Of a stretch of DNA of 64,000 bases, positions 39,543 to 54,200 are shown in pieces. The translations under genes were made by a program, and so were the position numbers. Position 1 is the stretch's first letter. Every line of letters starts with the position of its first letter. The stretch comes from a virus (lineage: Duplodnaviria; Caudoviricetes). Below the pieces are notes generated by a model that had not been told where the DNA came from, did not search any database, and saw only the letters and a list, made by a program, of their open reading frames with translations. The DNA is taken from positions 1 to 64,000 of the IMG/VR virus record IMGVR_UViG_3300013936_000015; one strand, written 5' to 3'.

Positions 39543-40693
39543 GAGCAATCCTATGTTAATTGATTATTTTCATCTTTTGACTCCATCATCTTCTATTTAT
39601 AGTTTGAAGCAATTCTATTTATCTATGCATCTGTTATACTTCCTTTAAATGAATTATTTAGAATGCTGGAATTAACCATAGCAGCAACCTATTTAAGAGA
39701 AAAATTAAATAACTGTCTATCACTGATAGAACGCACTGAGTAGCTACCATCAAATATAGAATCTAAAACTCTATACATATTGTATTTTAACTAATAGGCG
39801 GTCTCTTTATCATTCTCACAAATAGTCTTAAACACATTATCAGAAGAATCTGTCTATGTAAGATATTCTGTCATACTCTATACCATAAACTCCTCTAATA
39901 AATCTGTTTGTGTTCTATTAGTATAAGATACTCCATTTCCACTTTCTGCCCAAGTCTAAAAAGCAGAAGATAATCTATCATTAGATGCAATAGTACCAAG
40001 AAGATTTTCATATAAACTTCTATTAGTAGATTTAACGGAACCTAAAATAAGATGCATAAACTCGTGCAATGCTATTTTATCTGGATTGTCTACAGTAGTA
40101 CCATCAGATCCTTTAGTCTTTACATAGATATTTCCATTGTATATAAATCCCATTGCATTGAAATCAATATCAGATGTATTGGGAAGCATTTTTCTTAAAT
40201 CGTCTTCAGTAGCATAATAAACATTAATACCATATAAATCTTGTAGTTTACCTACCATCTCTCTTAGTAACTCTTGTGTATCTATTTGAGAGTCCTATAT
40301 TTCTATATTTGGATTAATAGAAGATACAATGGAAGGTCTTTTTTTAATATTAAGAGAATATCTGTCCCCATATTCTCTTCCTTCTATTTCAAGATCTCTA
40401 TACTAATCATTTAATGTAATTATTGCATCTTGAAAACTATTCTAACTAGAATCTAATTGTAAAAAATTAAATAAATCTGATTTCTATCCAGTTTTTCCTT
40501 TCGCCAATTTTAATTGCTTTCTTAGATAGGGTTCAGAGTTTGCACCATCTAATTCATCTAATTGAGGAAGTTTGCCATCATGTATTGTAAAATAATGACG
40601 GAGCTGGCTTTTTAATTCAAAATCGGGAAGCCCAGACTTAGCTTGTAAGTCTTGGACTTGCCCGTCTAATTGTGGGTCTATACACCTTAACAT
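39539..40693 (-). CDS. zincin-like metalloprotease domain protein (~384 aa, TAG=Gln)
   Basis: GFIYNGNIYV...ALHEFMH; fragments in one frame; ATGA overlap with the next gene. Confidence 0.78.
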
Positions 40694-43600
40694 ATATCTG
40701 AAAGTAATGTTATTAGTTTGTCAATAAACTTCTTATAATTATATTTATACATAGGTTCACCACTACTTCTATTTATTGTTACTTCTGGTTTTATATGAGT
40801 AAAATATGAAGCATAACTATTATATCTCTTATCTTTTAAGAAGTCAATAGGCTTCCCATTCACTTCTACACGTAGCACAGTACCCTATTTAGTTATAAAT
40901 TTGATAGAGTTAATTGGTTTTTCTACAATTTTACCATTCTCCTCTGTTTGATAAGATTTAGCATATTCTGGCAATCCTTCTTGTTTCTAATCTTCATCAG
41001 GATTGGCATAATATGTCTTTTCAAAATTTCCATAATCTACAGAAGTATAATAATTAGAATATTCTTCTGAATTAGGAATTAAAGGATTCTAAGGAGTACG
41101 ATTTCTTACTACAGTTCTACCTTCAGGAGTATTTCTAATGAAAATATCATTATTAGGGTTAGATACAGCTATCTAAGACATCATATCATCTATCTTAAAT
41201 GTAGAATCAGTTTTCACAAAATAATCCTAATCTAATTGGTTGATATAATTATAGTAATCCTCAATCAATGGATGATTCATACTATTTTTAAAGATATTTG
41301 TCAATGCTGTTTCTCCTGTTTTATTCTAATAACAAATAGCGTTATATAAGAAGAATAAGCTTGTTAAATCTGTGCCATCATATTCATAATTTTGTAATTT
41401 ATCAAATTCAGAAATATAATAATCAAGTAAATCAGATTCTGCATCAGAACGTGGGGATAGATTAACACCTTTAAGACTATAAGTCGTTAATAGATTACCT
41501 TCTGGTGCTCTATCATATAAAACAGGAATTAATCTCTAAATAAATCCATTATTTTTTAAATCAGAATCTGTAATCTTCTATATCCTACCATTATCGTTCT
41601 GTACAGTATATTTTCCTTTTTTAAGGTCTGGAATAATAACATCTTCCATATACCTCTTAAAAGAAGCTCTACCGCTGGCAGTGCCTAAATGAATAGATAA
41701 CATATCATCTGCATGTAGTGTTGTACCAGTATACGGATCTTCTATTTCTGTATTCTTTCCTATTTTTACATAATTCTTATTATAATCATATACATATTTA
41801 TTTTTAGGAATAAAAATACGTATACCCCTATCATCAAAATAACCAGATTCTAGTAACCATTTCTAAATAAAGAAGTTATCAGTAAATCTGGCAATATTCT
41901 TATATATTTTGGTAGTATCTGCCTTTGTTAATCTACCTGTTGGTCCACTTATCTATCTTAATGCTATTGGACCAAGATAGGCAAGAGTTCTATATTTAGC
42001 AGATACTCCCATATACATATTATGCTACATATCTAATATCTTTAAGTAATTAAAGAAATGGGGTACTCTGGAAAGAATTAAAGGAATATTAAAGTATTGT
42101 TTAAGACTATTTTGCGACTAAATACATTTATCCCTAAAATCTTGATCAGTTAAGAAATAGTGTAATTTGCTGACTCCCGGCTGTACTATATTTTGTGATA
42201 CAGATACATCCTGTGTTATATTCTCTTCTACTTTAGATAATAGAGCTAATGTGTCTGTATCACTAGTATATAACCCCTAATTAATATGAAGAATTTGCCC
42301 TAATATCTTTAATTGTTCTGCTCCTCTACTTAATGTAGTAAGATCCTCCATTAGAGTAGGATTAGGTTTAGAATAAATTCCATTATTCTATGATAAAGAC
42401 ATTTTTATTCTAAATAAAGAAATTAATCTATCAACAGTACGTATATCATTCTACTGTTGTAATCCATTTCTTAAACTGCTTAATTTCGATATAGCATCCT
42501 ATGTACTCTCCATATCAAAAGAATCAATGTTATTTTTTTCGCTTAAAGAAATTTTCGATAATATAGCACGTTGATATGTATTAAATTTTTTAGTAGCCTT
42601 ATTATATGAGGAAATAATACTACTTACAGACCCTCCATTATATCCAGAGAATGAGTCATTAGAAGCTAATTCTGAAATTAAGAATGCAGTTGGAGACATC
42701 ATTATATTCTTCATAGACTCTAATGGGACTCCTAATGACATTCCAAATAACCACATACCCATTGTATTAGTATCACAATTTAATTTAGCTAGAGCAAGCT
42801 CTTTTGCATTATCAGTAGCTAAAGAAAGAATACTTGATAACATTAATACGTAGTCTCGTTGATTTTGAGACTTTACTGTAGATCCATTATAGTCATAAAG
42901 ATTACCAATAGTTTGATATTTCTAATTACCTATTTCAATATTCTTCTAAATCTTTTGTATTAAATTGGTATCCCCAGTTCTTAGAATATCATTATAAGCC
43001 TGTGTAATAGCAAAGAAGGTCTTTAATCCTACAGCAGCAATACCCACTCCCTTCTTTCCAATTTGATTGTTTCTAATAGCATATATATTAGAAATAAAAG
43101 AACCTTGTGTATTTTTAAGTGCTGCAGTTGCCTTTAATGATTCGTTTGCTAATTTTTTAAAAGGTCTAGTAGCTTCATCTACCGAATACTACGCTTCATA
43201 TTGATTTTTAGGATTGTTGATAATACTAAATATATTAGCAACACAGAAATTCTTTACTGCAGCATCATGTATATTTGGATTTTTAATATTATCAAGATAT
43301 GTGTTATATTTATTTGCAAGATTGATGATAAATCTGACCACCTGTCTAGTTGAGGGACTATCCTGATTATAAAAGTTCAATCCTTTTCTCTATATCCAGT
43401 CCATTAACTCATTAAAATTACGAATCTAATTGACATTTTCCAATGATAAATCTATTTTTCCATCGTCTCTTACAAACAAACAAGTCTTATCTCTATTGTT
43501 AGAATCTAAATAATCATATAAATTCAAAAAGCCATTATCAAATCGGGCTTGATATTCATATCTTAGTATTCCATCCGGCTATGGGGATTTCATAGATGCC

Positions 43601-46600
43601 TCTAATAGCTCTGGAGCTTTTAAATTAAAATATGGATGCCATCCAATAAACTTACCAGTTTTATCAAAGTCATACATAGCTAGTGTAACACTGTCAATGT
43701 CATAATCCATTTTACTTTTATCTAACCGTTTCCGTTAGATTACTTATTTTTTCAAATAAGATGAGACTATATCTTCACTTTTAAGTGCTTTGCGCTTCAA
43801 ACCCACTTGGGTTTTATACCTATATTAGGATTTACTAGTCGTTGCTCCTTCTATCAAAAATTGACAGCTTGGGTACGGATTGTCCAATCTTTAATATTTT
43901 TACTATACCAAGGTAATTACTCTTGCCATTTTTATTAGTATAAAAACTTAGTAATTAAAGCTCTAAGGAGTTTCCCGTAATTCACAAAGTTTTTAAGGGT
44001 TCCAATTTTTAAATTTGTATTCCATTGAAGGAATTATATAAGGTTTAACTAAATTATAGAATTTAGATTTTGAAATATTTAAATGTATGCCTATCTATTT
44101 ATTAGTTAAACCCTCTGTATTTAATTTAATAATATTATCTATAATTTCTGTTGTTATTAAAGTCTTCTTTGATGTAGGGGTAATCTGCATCTTTTTTAAA
44201 TATTTTCTAATGATATATTCAGACACAATCTCTCCTACAGTTTTACCTGCTTCTGTAAGTTCTTTAATCTTTAAAGTGTTTACTTCTTGTGACATAAATT
44301 ATATTAATTAATTTGAAATTAATATATATATATGTCTGTAATATAATATTTTTTTATTTTTTAGAACCCTATAAATAAGTCTAAAGAGTACTTACATATG
44401 CAGTATTAACATCACTATCAATAAAACCTACTATTCTCATAGACATAAATGATTGCATAGACTGTGCCGGTATACGGGAGGCTACCATATCAAGAGATTT
44501 CATAAAAGAAGTATATATCTCCTATCCAATATCAAGAAGGTGATTAATAGATTCATCTTTTTTATTAAAGAAGTTATATTCATTTAATTTTCTCTTTTCT
44601 GGATCTGATTCATTTAAAGCATTAGAATAGTCTTTCTTTAATCTTTCAAACCAACTATTATAGTTATTAAAGAACTTTGAAATATCCTATCCTTTTGCAA
44701 ATCTTTTATATATCCTATTAGCTTCCTTATTATTACTCGAATTTAATGCATTAAAAAGAGTAGCTTGAGAGTTTTTAGAAACATTTCCAGAAAGATTTAA
44801 TGTGAAACTACTTGTGTTATCTAACCAATATTTATAATCAGTAGTAACTATCACATCGTGAGACACTCCATTATCATCAACATATTCCCAAATCTCATCC
44901 TATGGATTCTCATCACTAACCTCATTGTTATTTTTAGACAATGTGTATAACACGTTAAATTCATTGTCTATAACGTCCACAGTACCATTTTCATTAGTTC
45001 TTGTAGCAACATCTTCTTTACGATGAAAATGGCTGTCAGAAGAGACTCTATTACGGTCTATCACATAGATTGGATTATTGTCAAGACTATTAAAAACAAT
45101 GTCATAATAATTATCGGGAATAATGTTTTGTAGAACACTATTTAATAATTTCTTTTGGAAATATGTTTTATCATTAACAATATCACTTAATTTGGTATCA
45201 AATCCTAAACCATATTTAGAAGCAAAGACTTTAGGGAGAACAATCTCGTAAGGCCTTATTTTAATAGAATCGGGAACAATTTCATAGGTTTCTCCCTCAA
45301 TAGTAACATCGCCAGGATTATTAGGATCTAGGTTACTGAGAACTGCCTAAAGCTAATGCATTGTAGCAGCTTTGCCACCACTTCTAAATTGATTCTTAAT
45401 AGTATCAATATCATATAATGAATATGGTTTTTCATTACCATCACTATCTCTAACCTTAAATGTTACATTATAAGGTCTTAAATTTCTTCCCTCTTTGACA
45501 TTTTCTACTATTTTGCTAATAGCTCCACGTCTTATAAGCTCATAGAGTTTTTCTCTACATTCTACAGAATTTACAGTTACCTAAATAGTATTAGCACTTC
45601 CTGTAATTGTATCTCCTGCATTTAAATTCTCTAATTCTTGTTCTAAATCATCAGGATTTTGTCCCTCTTCAACAGTAAGATTATATGTGGTTTCAAAATC
45701 AATCATCGGATGTTCAGTATCCCCTCTCTTCCACAAAGGATTATTATTATATTCCTATTGCAGTCTATCCAAATCTCCTTCTTGATATTCATCCAAGAAC
45801 TTACCACCATATAATTTTATTCTATCATAACTGGGACACAAAACAGCAAGTAACCCAGACATCTTTACTTTAATACCTGCTTTAGTAAGAGCAACCCCAA
45901 CTGTAGAAATCAGCTTATTATAAATCTAACTATCACTAAATGGGATAGAGTCTTTATATTTAAAGAACTCTCCATTTTTATTTAATTCCAAAAGTTTATT
46001 TACAATACTCTATACTGTTTCAGAATTATTCTTCTATGTAATAAGAGCATTTCCAATTAATTCGGCTACTGTATTCTAGAATCTAGCTTTTCCTGTTTCA
46101 GGATATTCTAGATACTAATCAAAAGCTTCTTGATATTTTCTAATAGAAGACTTAGCAAGATTAGCAAGACCTTTATATAACTGGTCAGCCTCATAAAAAG
46201 ACATTCCCCTAGAAGCACAAGCACTAATTACCTAAGTAAACATAGATACATCCTCGCTGTCAGCATTATGTTCCTTATCTAACTAAATACCTGCTTGAAG
46301 TAATTGGATCTTTAGAAAATTAGGTCTGAAATCACCAATTTCTTCTCCTTTTAAATACTTATTGATATTTTCAATATTAGCAGCACCTTGCTTTACAGCA
46401 CCTACAGTAGGCATATAATGGATATTACACTATTTCATTACCTGATAAAGGTCGTGTTGTGTATGAACAGTATCATTTAATTTAATACCATTAACATTTG
46501 CCATATCAGATATAGCTTTAATGCTATACTCAGAATGAGTAAGTTTATTGTCTCCCTATTTTATCTCATAGCATTCATACCCACCTAAAGCATTCCATAA

Positions 46601-49600
46601 ATCATAATTAGAATTAATAGATAATAATCCATAGGAGTTACCATTTTTGTCTTTAATATCACTTCTATGTATAAGCTGTCCTATGTCTTCCCCATTTTCA
46701 CTTACCTCTGTAAGAAGTTGGTCATATGTGTTATTCCCTTTATATTCCATTCCATCAAAACGATAATACTTTCCATCTAGTTTGATATAAAACTATCCAG
46801 TAGTGTCTTTATCATTATTAAATTGAAATGTTTCACCATTATAAGTTTCTAACACATTATAATTAGATAAGATATTACCATTCTAATCCTTATATTTCAC
46901 GTCTGTAGATAATTTCATCATTTGACGGTCTGCTATAGACATTCTCATAATTTCATTAGTAATAGCAAATCCTGCACATTTTATAATACCTCCAGTACCA
47001 GTAGAAGGGTCATAAAAATGGAAGAATTGTTTCTTATTAATACCTACCTTTTCTGCAGCAAGAGAACCGTTTTCCCAATAAGCAGTAAATGGATTAATAT
47101 ACATAGCACCATCAGAGGTAAGAGCGTTTTCCTTAAATCCTGTAATAGTATTAATTCTATCTGCTAAATCAGCAATACAGGTTATCGCTACACTTGAGGG
47201 TAATCCTTGTAATCCGTTTAATTCATAAGCATGCATTGCAGCAGTAAATGATACATTACGTTTTGTCTGGGCAATATATCTACTTGATTCATCACGTTCA
47301 AGAGCATCCTCTAATCTATCACAATAATCATTTGCTTCTGGATAATTAGTACGTAATTTATCAATATCATAACCATTTTCTCTAAGAAGTGCAGCATACT
47401 TCATATCTTCCCATTGCTGGGTAGGAAGATTATCCTAAGCAGAAATAGGGCTAAGCATTGTCATTGCTGTTTTATCCTTAATGGGGTGATTAAATGCCCC
47501 TCCGACAGTAGAAAGTACCCATTCCTGTGTAAATAAATAATTTAGACGATTGTATAAATCAATATCTGGATTAATTTCTACAGAATAGCCATTAGAGATT
47601 AAATCCTTTATTACATCTGTCATAGGACTATTCATAGAAACTTGATCACTTACTAATTTGTTCCAATTAGAATATAGATCGTATTTATTATGAATATCAA
47701 TAGAATTTCCTTTCTAATCTGTTATTGTACAGATTGAGAAGTTTTCAGTATTCTCACCGTCTTTATAAAAGCCGTTGAAATTATCTTCCAGTAAATCAGC
47801 AACGATTTTAGTGTTCTACTATTCAAAATATTTATTTATATTTCCAAGATTATTAGAAGTAAATAAATTCTTTTGTTTTATTAATAAAGGATTTACATTA
47901 AGAAGATGATTTTTGTCTTCTATATACATAGAAGTGTCAATAATAGAAACTGGCTCATTAGGATGGTCCTAATTATATCTTCTAGCTGCATTGTTAATAG
48001 CTTCTAATGGAGTTATTGACCTGTCACTATTTATATAGGCCTCATTCATCTACTGAAAATCATACATCCCATTATATTCAAGAGAAATGTTTTGATATAC
48101 TCCTTCAAAATAAGGTTGTATTTTATGATACCTATCAATAATAGAATTAATTACATTCTTGTAATAATCACCTAACTCCTAACTTATAATCTAAGATATT
48201 GCATTTTGTTTCTCGTCTAAGAAAGTATTAGATGTAAGTAGATCATATAAAGAACCATTAGAAGCGGTAATATTATTTAAATCTACAATAATTCTAGGAA
48301 TATTTGGTTTATCAGAATTATCAGTAGAAAGAAAAGCGACTTTTCCGTTTCCAACAGGAGATTTAGTATTTTTGTTATTATCAAGTCCTTTCAAATAATC
48401 ATAGATAAGACAAGAGGTTTCCATTTCTGCAGGAGAAAAATCAGTAAGAGCAGTAGTAGTAGTATAGCTTGCCTCATCTTTAAATTCTTTAGCTTGAAAA
48501 ACTCCCTTAAATACACCGTTTCTTAAAAGACTAAAATTCTTATAAGCAGAATCACGTCCTTGAAGTTCCCATTGTTGTCTATAACTACCATTTAATCTAG
48601 ATAATGCAGTAGCAGGAAGAGCATTTCCCTCACCATCCTTTAATACAGCAGATGTCAATTTACCATCAATAATTGCTTGTGCTCTTGCTAAGGTGTCTAT
48701 AATAGACATCTCATTCTAACTGGTAACATAAGACTCTCCAAACTTTCCATTCCAATCTGGAACAAGTTGGGAATTAGTATAAAAAGTCGAGAAGAACTTT
48801 TTACTATCTTCTTTAGTAACTTTTTTCTTTCCTCTTTCAGTAAGATTGATACTGTTTTCTTCAGCAAGTCTTTCCCTTACTTTCATTAAGGCTTCTGGAA
48901 ATTTCTTATCAGAAGTTCTACCTCTTCCATCTTTATGAGTAATTTCAGCATTACCAGTATTATATAATACATTTAAAGAATCTGGATTCTGTTTAAAAGA
49001 AAGATATATTAATGATTCCATTATTTTAGGGGATACATTATCCCATACGCCTGTATCTGAAATAGTAACACTCTTTCTCCCCCACTATTTTGCATAACTT
49101 CCAGACAAGTTGTCTTGTAGGTACTTTCTTAATAACTTCTGTTTTTGCTGTTTATTAAGTGTATTGTCATACTTTAATTTCTAAGCATGAAAAGCAGCTT
49201 CTACAGAATTAAAGCTTCCTAATATAGGAAGAGGCTAAAGACCTTTCGATTTTAATTCGGCATTTATTTTGTCATTAATTTCAACAGGTCTTTTAGTAGA
49301 GAAGTTACTTAAATTAGCATTTTGGTCAGTACCACTATAAACATTAATAGAAGCAACTCTCCCTTGTTCTGGAAGTATATGAACTGCAATATACCTGTTT
49401 AAAAGAATATGACTAGTAAGTTTAGTAAAATCATCTAATACTTGATCAATTTCATTATTCCTTAACCCAACATATGCATTATATAATCTAGAATCACTAG
49501 AATCAAATAATGTTGAGTCTATTGTATTATTAATAAGCTAATGAAGTTTATCAGTTTCTTTTTTATTGAGTTCAGATATATTTACAGTATTTCCATTTTT

Positions 49601-51235
49601 AATAAACTAATATTTTCCGGTATTATATACTTCTAAATAAAGATTATTATCCGGATCTCTATTAGTCTATAAATCATATTTTATACCGATTAGCTTATCA
49701 TCTTCTTTGATTTCAGAAATATTACTAATATCAGGATTAGCTCTACGGCTGTTCTATATAAGTAACTCGTCTTGAATAGCTCTAATATTAGTATCCACTG
49801 TCTAATCATATAAATTTCTTAAATAAGTAATATTTTTAGAGGTTCTAAAATATTGAAGATATTTATTCTCATAGATAGTATCACAAACTTCTGTTATATA
49901 ACTAAAATAGTTGAGATTATTATATCCTACTCTATCATTAGCTGCTTTTAAAGTAAGTGGATTGTCTGGATCAAATAAAGAGCTATTTAATGCTTGTATT
50001 AGAACTGTATCAAAGTCATTAAAATATTTATTTAAATATTGCTTTCTAAAATCATAATCATTTAATTTTTTAAAGATTTCTGGAAGATACCTTTGAGGAT
50101 TTTCTTTCATACTAGCAATAAACTGAGGTAGGGTTTTCCATCCAAAGGAGTCAAAATTAATTATTTCATCATAATTTTCATCCGCAATCCTTTTAATCTT
50201 AGCAATGATATACCCAAACTCATTAAATGTCATTGGCCTTCCCTAAACTTTAGCAGTAGATACTAATAACTTAACAATATTACTGACTTCAGAAGCAACA
50301 TCTATAATATCACTGGACCTCCATGTACTATTCATATTAGATGTTTGAGCATTAGAAAGAGAATATTTATCTTCTCCAGAAAATCTAGGAGATAGATTAT
50401 CAATATAGATACTTTTTCCAAATGTAGAACGTAATACTGCATCAAAATTATTAAGAATTACCCAACTGTTATAGCCATCAATAATTGTTTGATTATTCTT
50501 TCTGTCTAAAAACAAATTATTTAACTCATCTGTATTAAATCTCTCATTGCTTAATTCTTTCCCATATTGTGCCTAAATTCGTTCTACAATACCAGTATAT
50601 TTGCCATCAACATACATCTAGGCATCATTTAACATTGGATCCTTTAATCCTATAGCTCTTAAATAATTACATACATTTTCTAAATATCCCTACTGGATAT
50701 CTCTTAATTCCTCATTCATCTATACATCATTCTAAACAAGAATACCTTGATTGTTAGATGTATAGAATAAACAATTCACTCCTAATTTGGTAGATTCTTG
50801 TTTACAATATCTTTTAGCGGCATAACTATTGCTAAAACTTTCTAATAAATAAGAATTAGTAAATGTCTTTTGTAACTCTTCTTTATCGTTAAGCTTTTCT
50901 AGTCTGTCTGTAGTAGTCTATTCAATATTAGGTTTAGGAGATGTTTGTGCATATGAAATTAATCCATTTCTGATAGCATCCTTGTTTAAAACAAAATCAG
51001 AAAGATTATCATTTTCCATCTTTACAAAATCTTCAAAATAATCAGAACAAATATTAACAGCTTGCTCTAAATTTTCACTATCTTTTAGGCTGTATTCTTC
51101 TCCTAAAGTTTTTAATATCTACGTAGCTTTTTCAACTACATTTGAGGCATTTACCTCATCTGCATTACTTAATGGGGTGGCGAAAGAATTTTCCACCGCC
51201 CCATTAAATTCACTTTCACTGAATGCACATTTCAT
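40687..51235 (-). CDS. virion RNA polymerase, double-psi beta-barrel (~3297 aa, TAG=Gln), spliced: exon1 51235-44363, exon2 43707-40687
   Basis: All fragments keep frame on each side of the intron; splicing restores RIPAQ...QGS|DYDID catalytic motif. Confidence 0.85.
43708..44362 (-). mobile_element. group I intron immediately before the RNAP DYDID motif
   Basis: Exon ends GGTTCT (U), intron ends G; agggttct|aa pairs with ttggaaccct (U.G at the splice site); aacgact and aagatatagtct core motifs. Confidence 0.88.
43993..44295 (-). pseudogene. internally deleted homing endonuclease remnant (HTH repeats plus LAGLIDADG-type C-terminus) in intron P1 loop
   Basis: 100 aa with one TAG: ...GLTNK(Q)IGIHLNISKSKFYNLVKPYIIPSMEYKF. 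Confidence 0.6.
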
Positions 51236-51240
51236 AATTA

Positions 51241-54200
51241 TTAATTTTTAATAGAACTATTTCCATACTGTTTTTTAGTTTTTCTAACTGGTGGAACTCG
51301 TACAGCAGTAGCACAAGAAGAATTATTATCCACTTTGTTGTTAGAATTAGGCTTAGAATCATCTTTACTTGCAATATAATTAAGAATAGCTTCTGCCACA
51401 TTCTAGTCCAGCGAATTTGGTATATTTCTTCTAATAGCAGCTCTTCCTGAAGGTTTATTAACAAGACTAGCTAACTTCTTTAATGTGTCTGTGTCTTTCA
51501 ATAAGTCTTCAAATGAATTGAAAGATACATTTTCTTTCTTAAACCACTTACCAAACATAGTTAAATATTGAGAATTTTGATCGACAATAGTATTGTCATC
51601 TATCTCAATATTAGTTGTATTTTTTGGAGTATTATCCACTTTAGACATAGTAACCCGTATTTTGTTATTAGAAGTATCAATTTCTATTTTATAGTCAATA
51701 GAACCATCAGATTTAGTAATAACATCATGAGGAGTATTACTATTTAATTGTAGACTATCAAATGTAGTATTTAATATAGTTAAATACTCATTACTTAAAC
51801 TACCTACATCTGCTAAATAATACGTTCCATTCTTTTTAACTAGGAATTGCTTATGTGATAGAGCTGTACGATATATTGTCTTTTCTTGTTCTAATGTAAA
51901 TTCTTGATTAGGTGAACTAGGCTTTAATCCTGTACCATCAAACCAAGACTAATTAGTAATAATATTAGCTTTATCAGTAAAGCTTGGCTGTGGCTATGGA
52001 GTAGAAGACTTGTCATAATTATATCTTGAATTTTCATGAGAAGTCCAAAATCCATTAGAATTTATATACATATTATCAGATACCTTATTCATTAAATTAT
52101 TAAAAACAGTATCAGTAATAAACATATTAGGGCCTATTCTACCACTGGATGTACACTCCTTATTACTAATTCTCTTATCTTGAATTTTGTAATCATTAGT
52201 AATATTTGCAGTAGCAACACCTTCAATATCATCACTTGATTGATTTAATTTTGCTTGATAATAAATCAATTCATTTCCCATTAATGACTGAATAGTGTTA
52301 CATTTTGTACTATCAACTACTAAGCTTTCAGTGGTAGACATAACTGTTTTTGTTGCAATTTTATGAATTAAATATGCAAACTATTGTGACCATGTTCTAT
52401 CAGGATTTGCATCAAATAAGCCACCTAAATTATTATTCTAATCTCTACCTGCTTTACTTGTTAATACATTTGCTTTACCATCACATTTTATTAAAATATT
52501 TTTCAGAGCATTAAATTTAGATACATCAGTCTGATTAGAATTGTCTAAGCCTAATAAGTTATATATATCAGTTTCTTTACCATTATTAAAAATCGCATTT
52601 AATATTCTATATGGAGTAGATATATTCCCTAAAAACTTTTCTTTAGATGTTTTAGTATATACATCATGTACACTTTGAACATACTCTTGTACTGATATAG
52701 TAGGAGTAGATATATATTTAATCTATACCTTCTATTCACTATTTTTATTATCCTACCTATCAAACAACTGTTTCTTATACTGTTGCATTAATTTATCATC
52801 AGTATCAAACTCTGGATCGGAAGAATATAAAATAAAGAGATGTCCCTTTTTAGGTCTAAATTCTTGTTGAATAGAAGTCCCTTTATAATTAAATACATTG
52901 CTTACTAAACAAAAAACATGAGAAGACATTTGAACATCTGCCCTTCTTAATTTAGAAATAGGATAAAAAACAGAGTCTTGTACAATCTCTCTATTAGCAC
53001 TGGTAAATGCTCCTCTATCTATATTAATCTATGGGCCTAAATTCCTCATTTTCCCGGGAACCCAATCAGTATTATCAACATAGGTAATTCCTCTAACATT
53101 AGTAGTATAAGCATAGACATTACAGAGCTGTGCTAAATCAACAAATCCTGCCTATTTAAGACTACTTGCTATGTTAAACAAGGCAGTTCTATTTTTCTCA
53201 ACACTCTGATTAGATGTAAATAACTGTTGTAAGTCAATTTGTGCTTTTAGCAATGCTGGTGGGTTATCATTTGATTGTGGATCTATTAAAGAATCAATTT
53301 TAGAAAGGGGATTATTAAGCTGGAATAAGGGGATTTCTAATGAATCCTTACCATTAATACTAATAATAGCAACAAACTCCCTACGTGATCTATAACCCGG
53401 ATTCTCAGAAAATTCTGAAATTTCATCCGTCTACCTATCAAAGCGTGTATAGTCACCAGCCTTATCTACTTTTTCTTGTTCATTTGGCTTAAATACTTCT
53501 CCTGATTTTAATGCAAATGATACATCTACATTACCCTGCTTTCCAATACCTGATTGTTTAATAGCAGTTATTATACTATTTTTATCGGTGTAATTAAGAA
53601 GTATTCCTCTAAGCTTTCCCATTAATTTAAAAGCATGAAGTAACTGTTGAGGAGTATATGTAGGTTGGTCATAAATAACATTGAGTCGTAGAAAACCATT
53701 AAACCCATCAATTCTATGACTTGAATTTAAAGGCTTATGATATCCAGTAATATTTCCACTAGTATCCCTTTCGGGAACAAATCCAGTCATAAAACATCTA
53801 GAAGAATCAACTAATTGAGAAGTATGAGATTCCCCATTATTCTAAACTCCTTTTAATTCCTCTTGAGCCTATTTTCTTTGAATATCTTCTAATTGCTTCT
53901 GCTGTTTTTTATTTTCATCCTAAATGACTTGTGGACTATTCTATATCTCTTGTAAATTTATTTGCTATTCTGCTATTACATCATTTATCCAACTGTCTAA
54001 TACATTACATACAGGCTTTGTTTTATAAATAATCCGTTTATCCCCACTTTCTATTACTACCTATTTAGGTGTTTTTGTAATAGAATAAGTATTCTTTCCA
54101 GCAGTAATCTTTATTCCTACTTTTTTGGCAGCATTAAAGAAAGGATCTAGAAAACTACCATCTCTGAATGTAATTGTATTTTTATTATCATCCGATTCTA

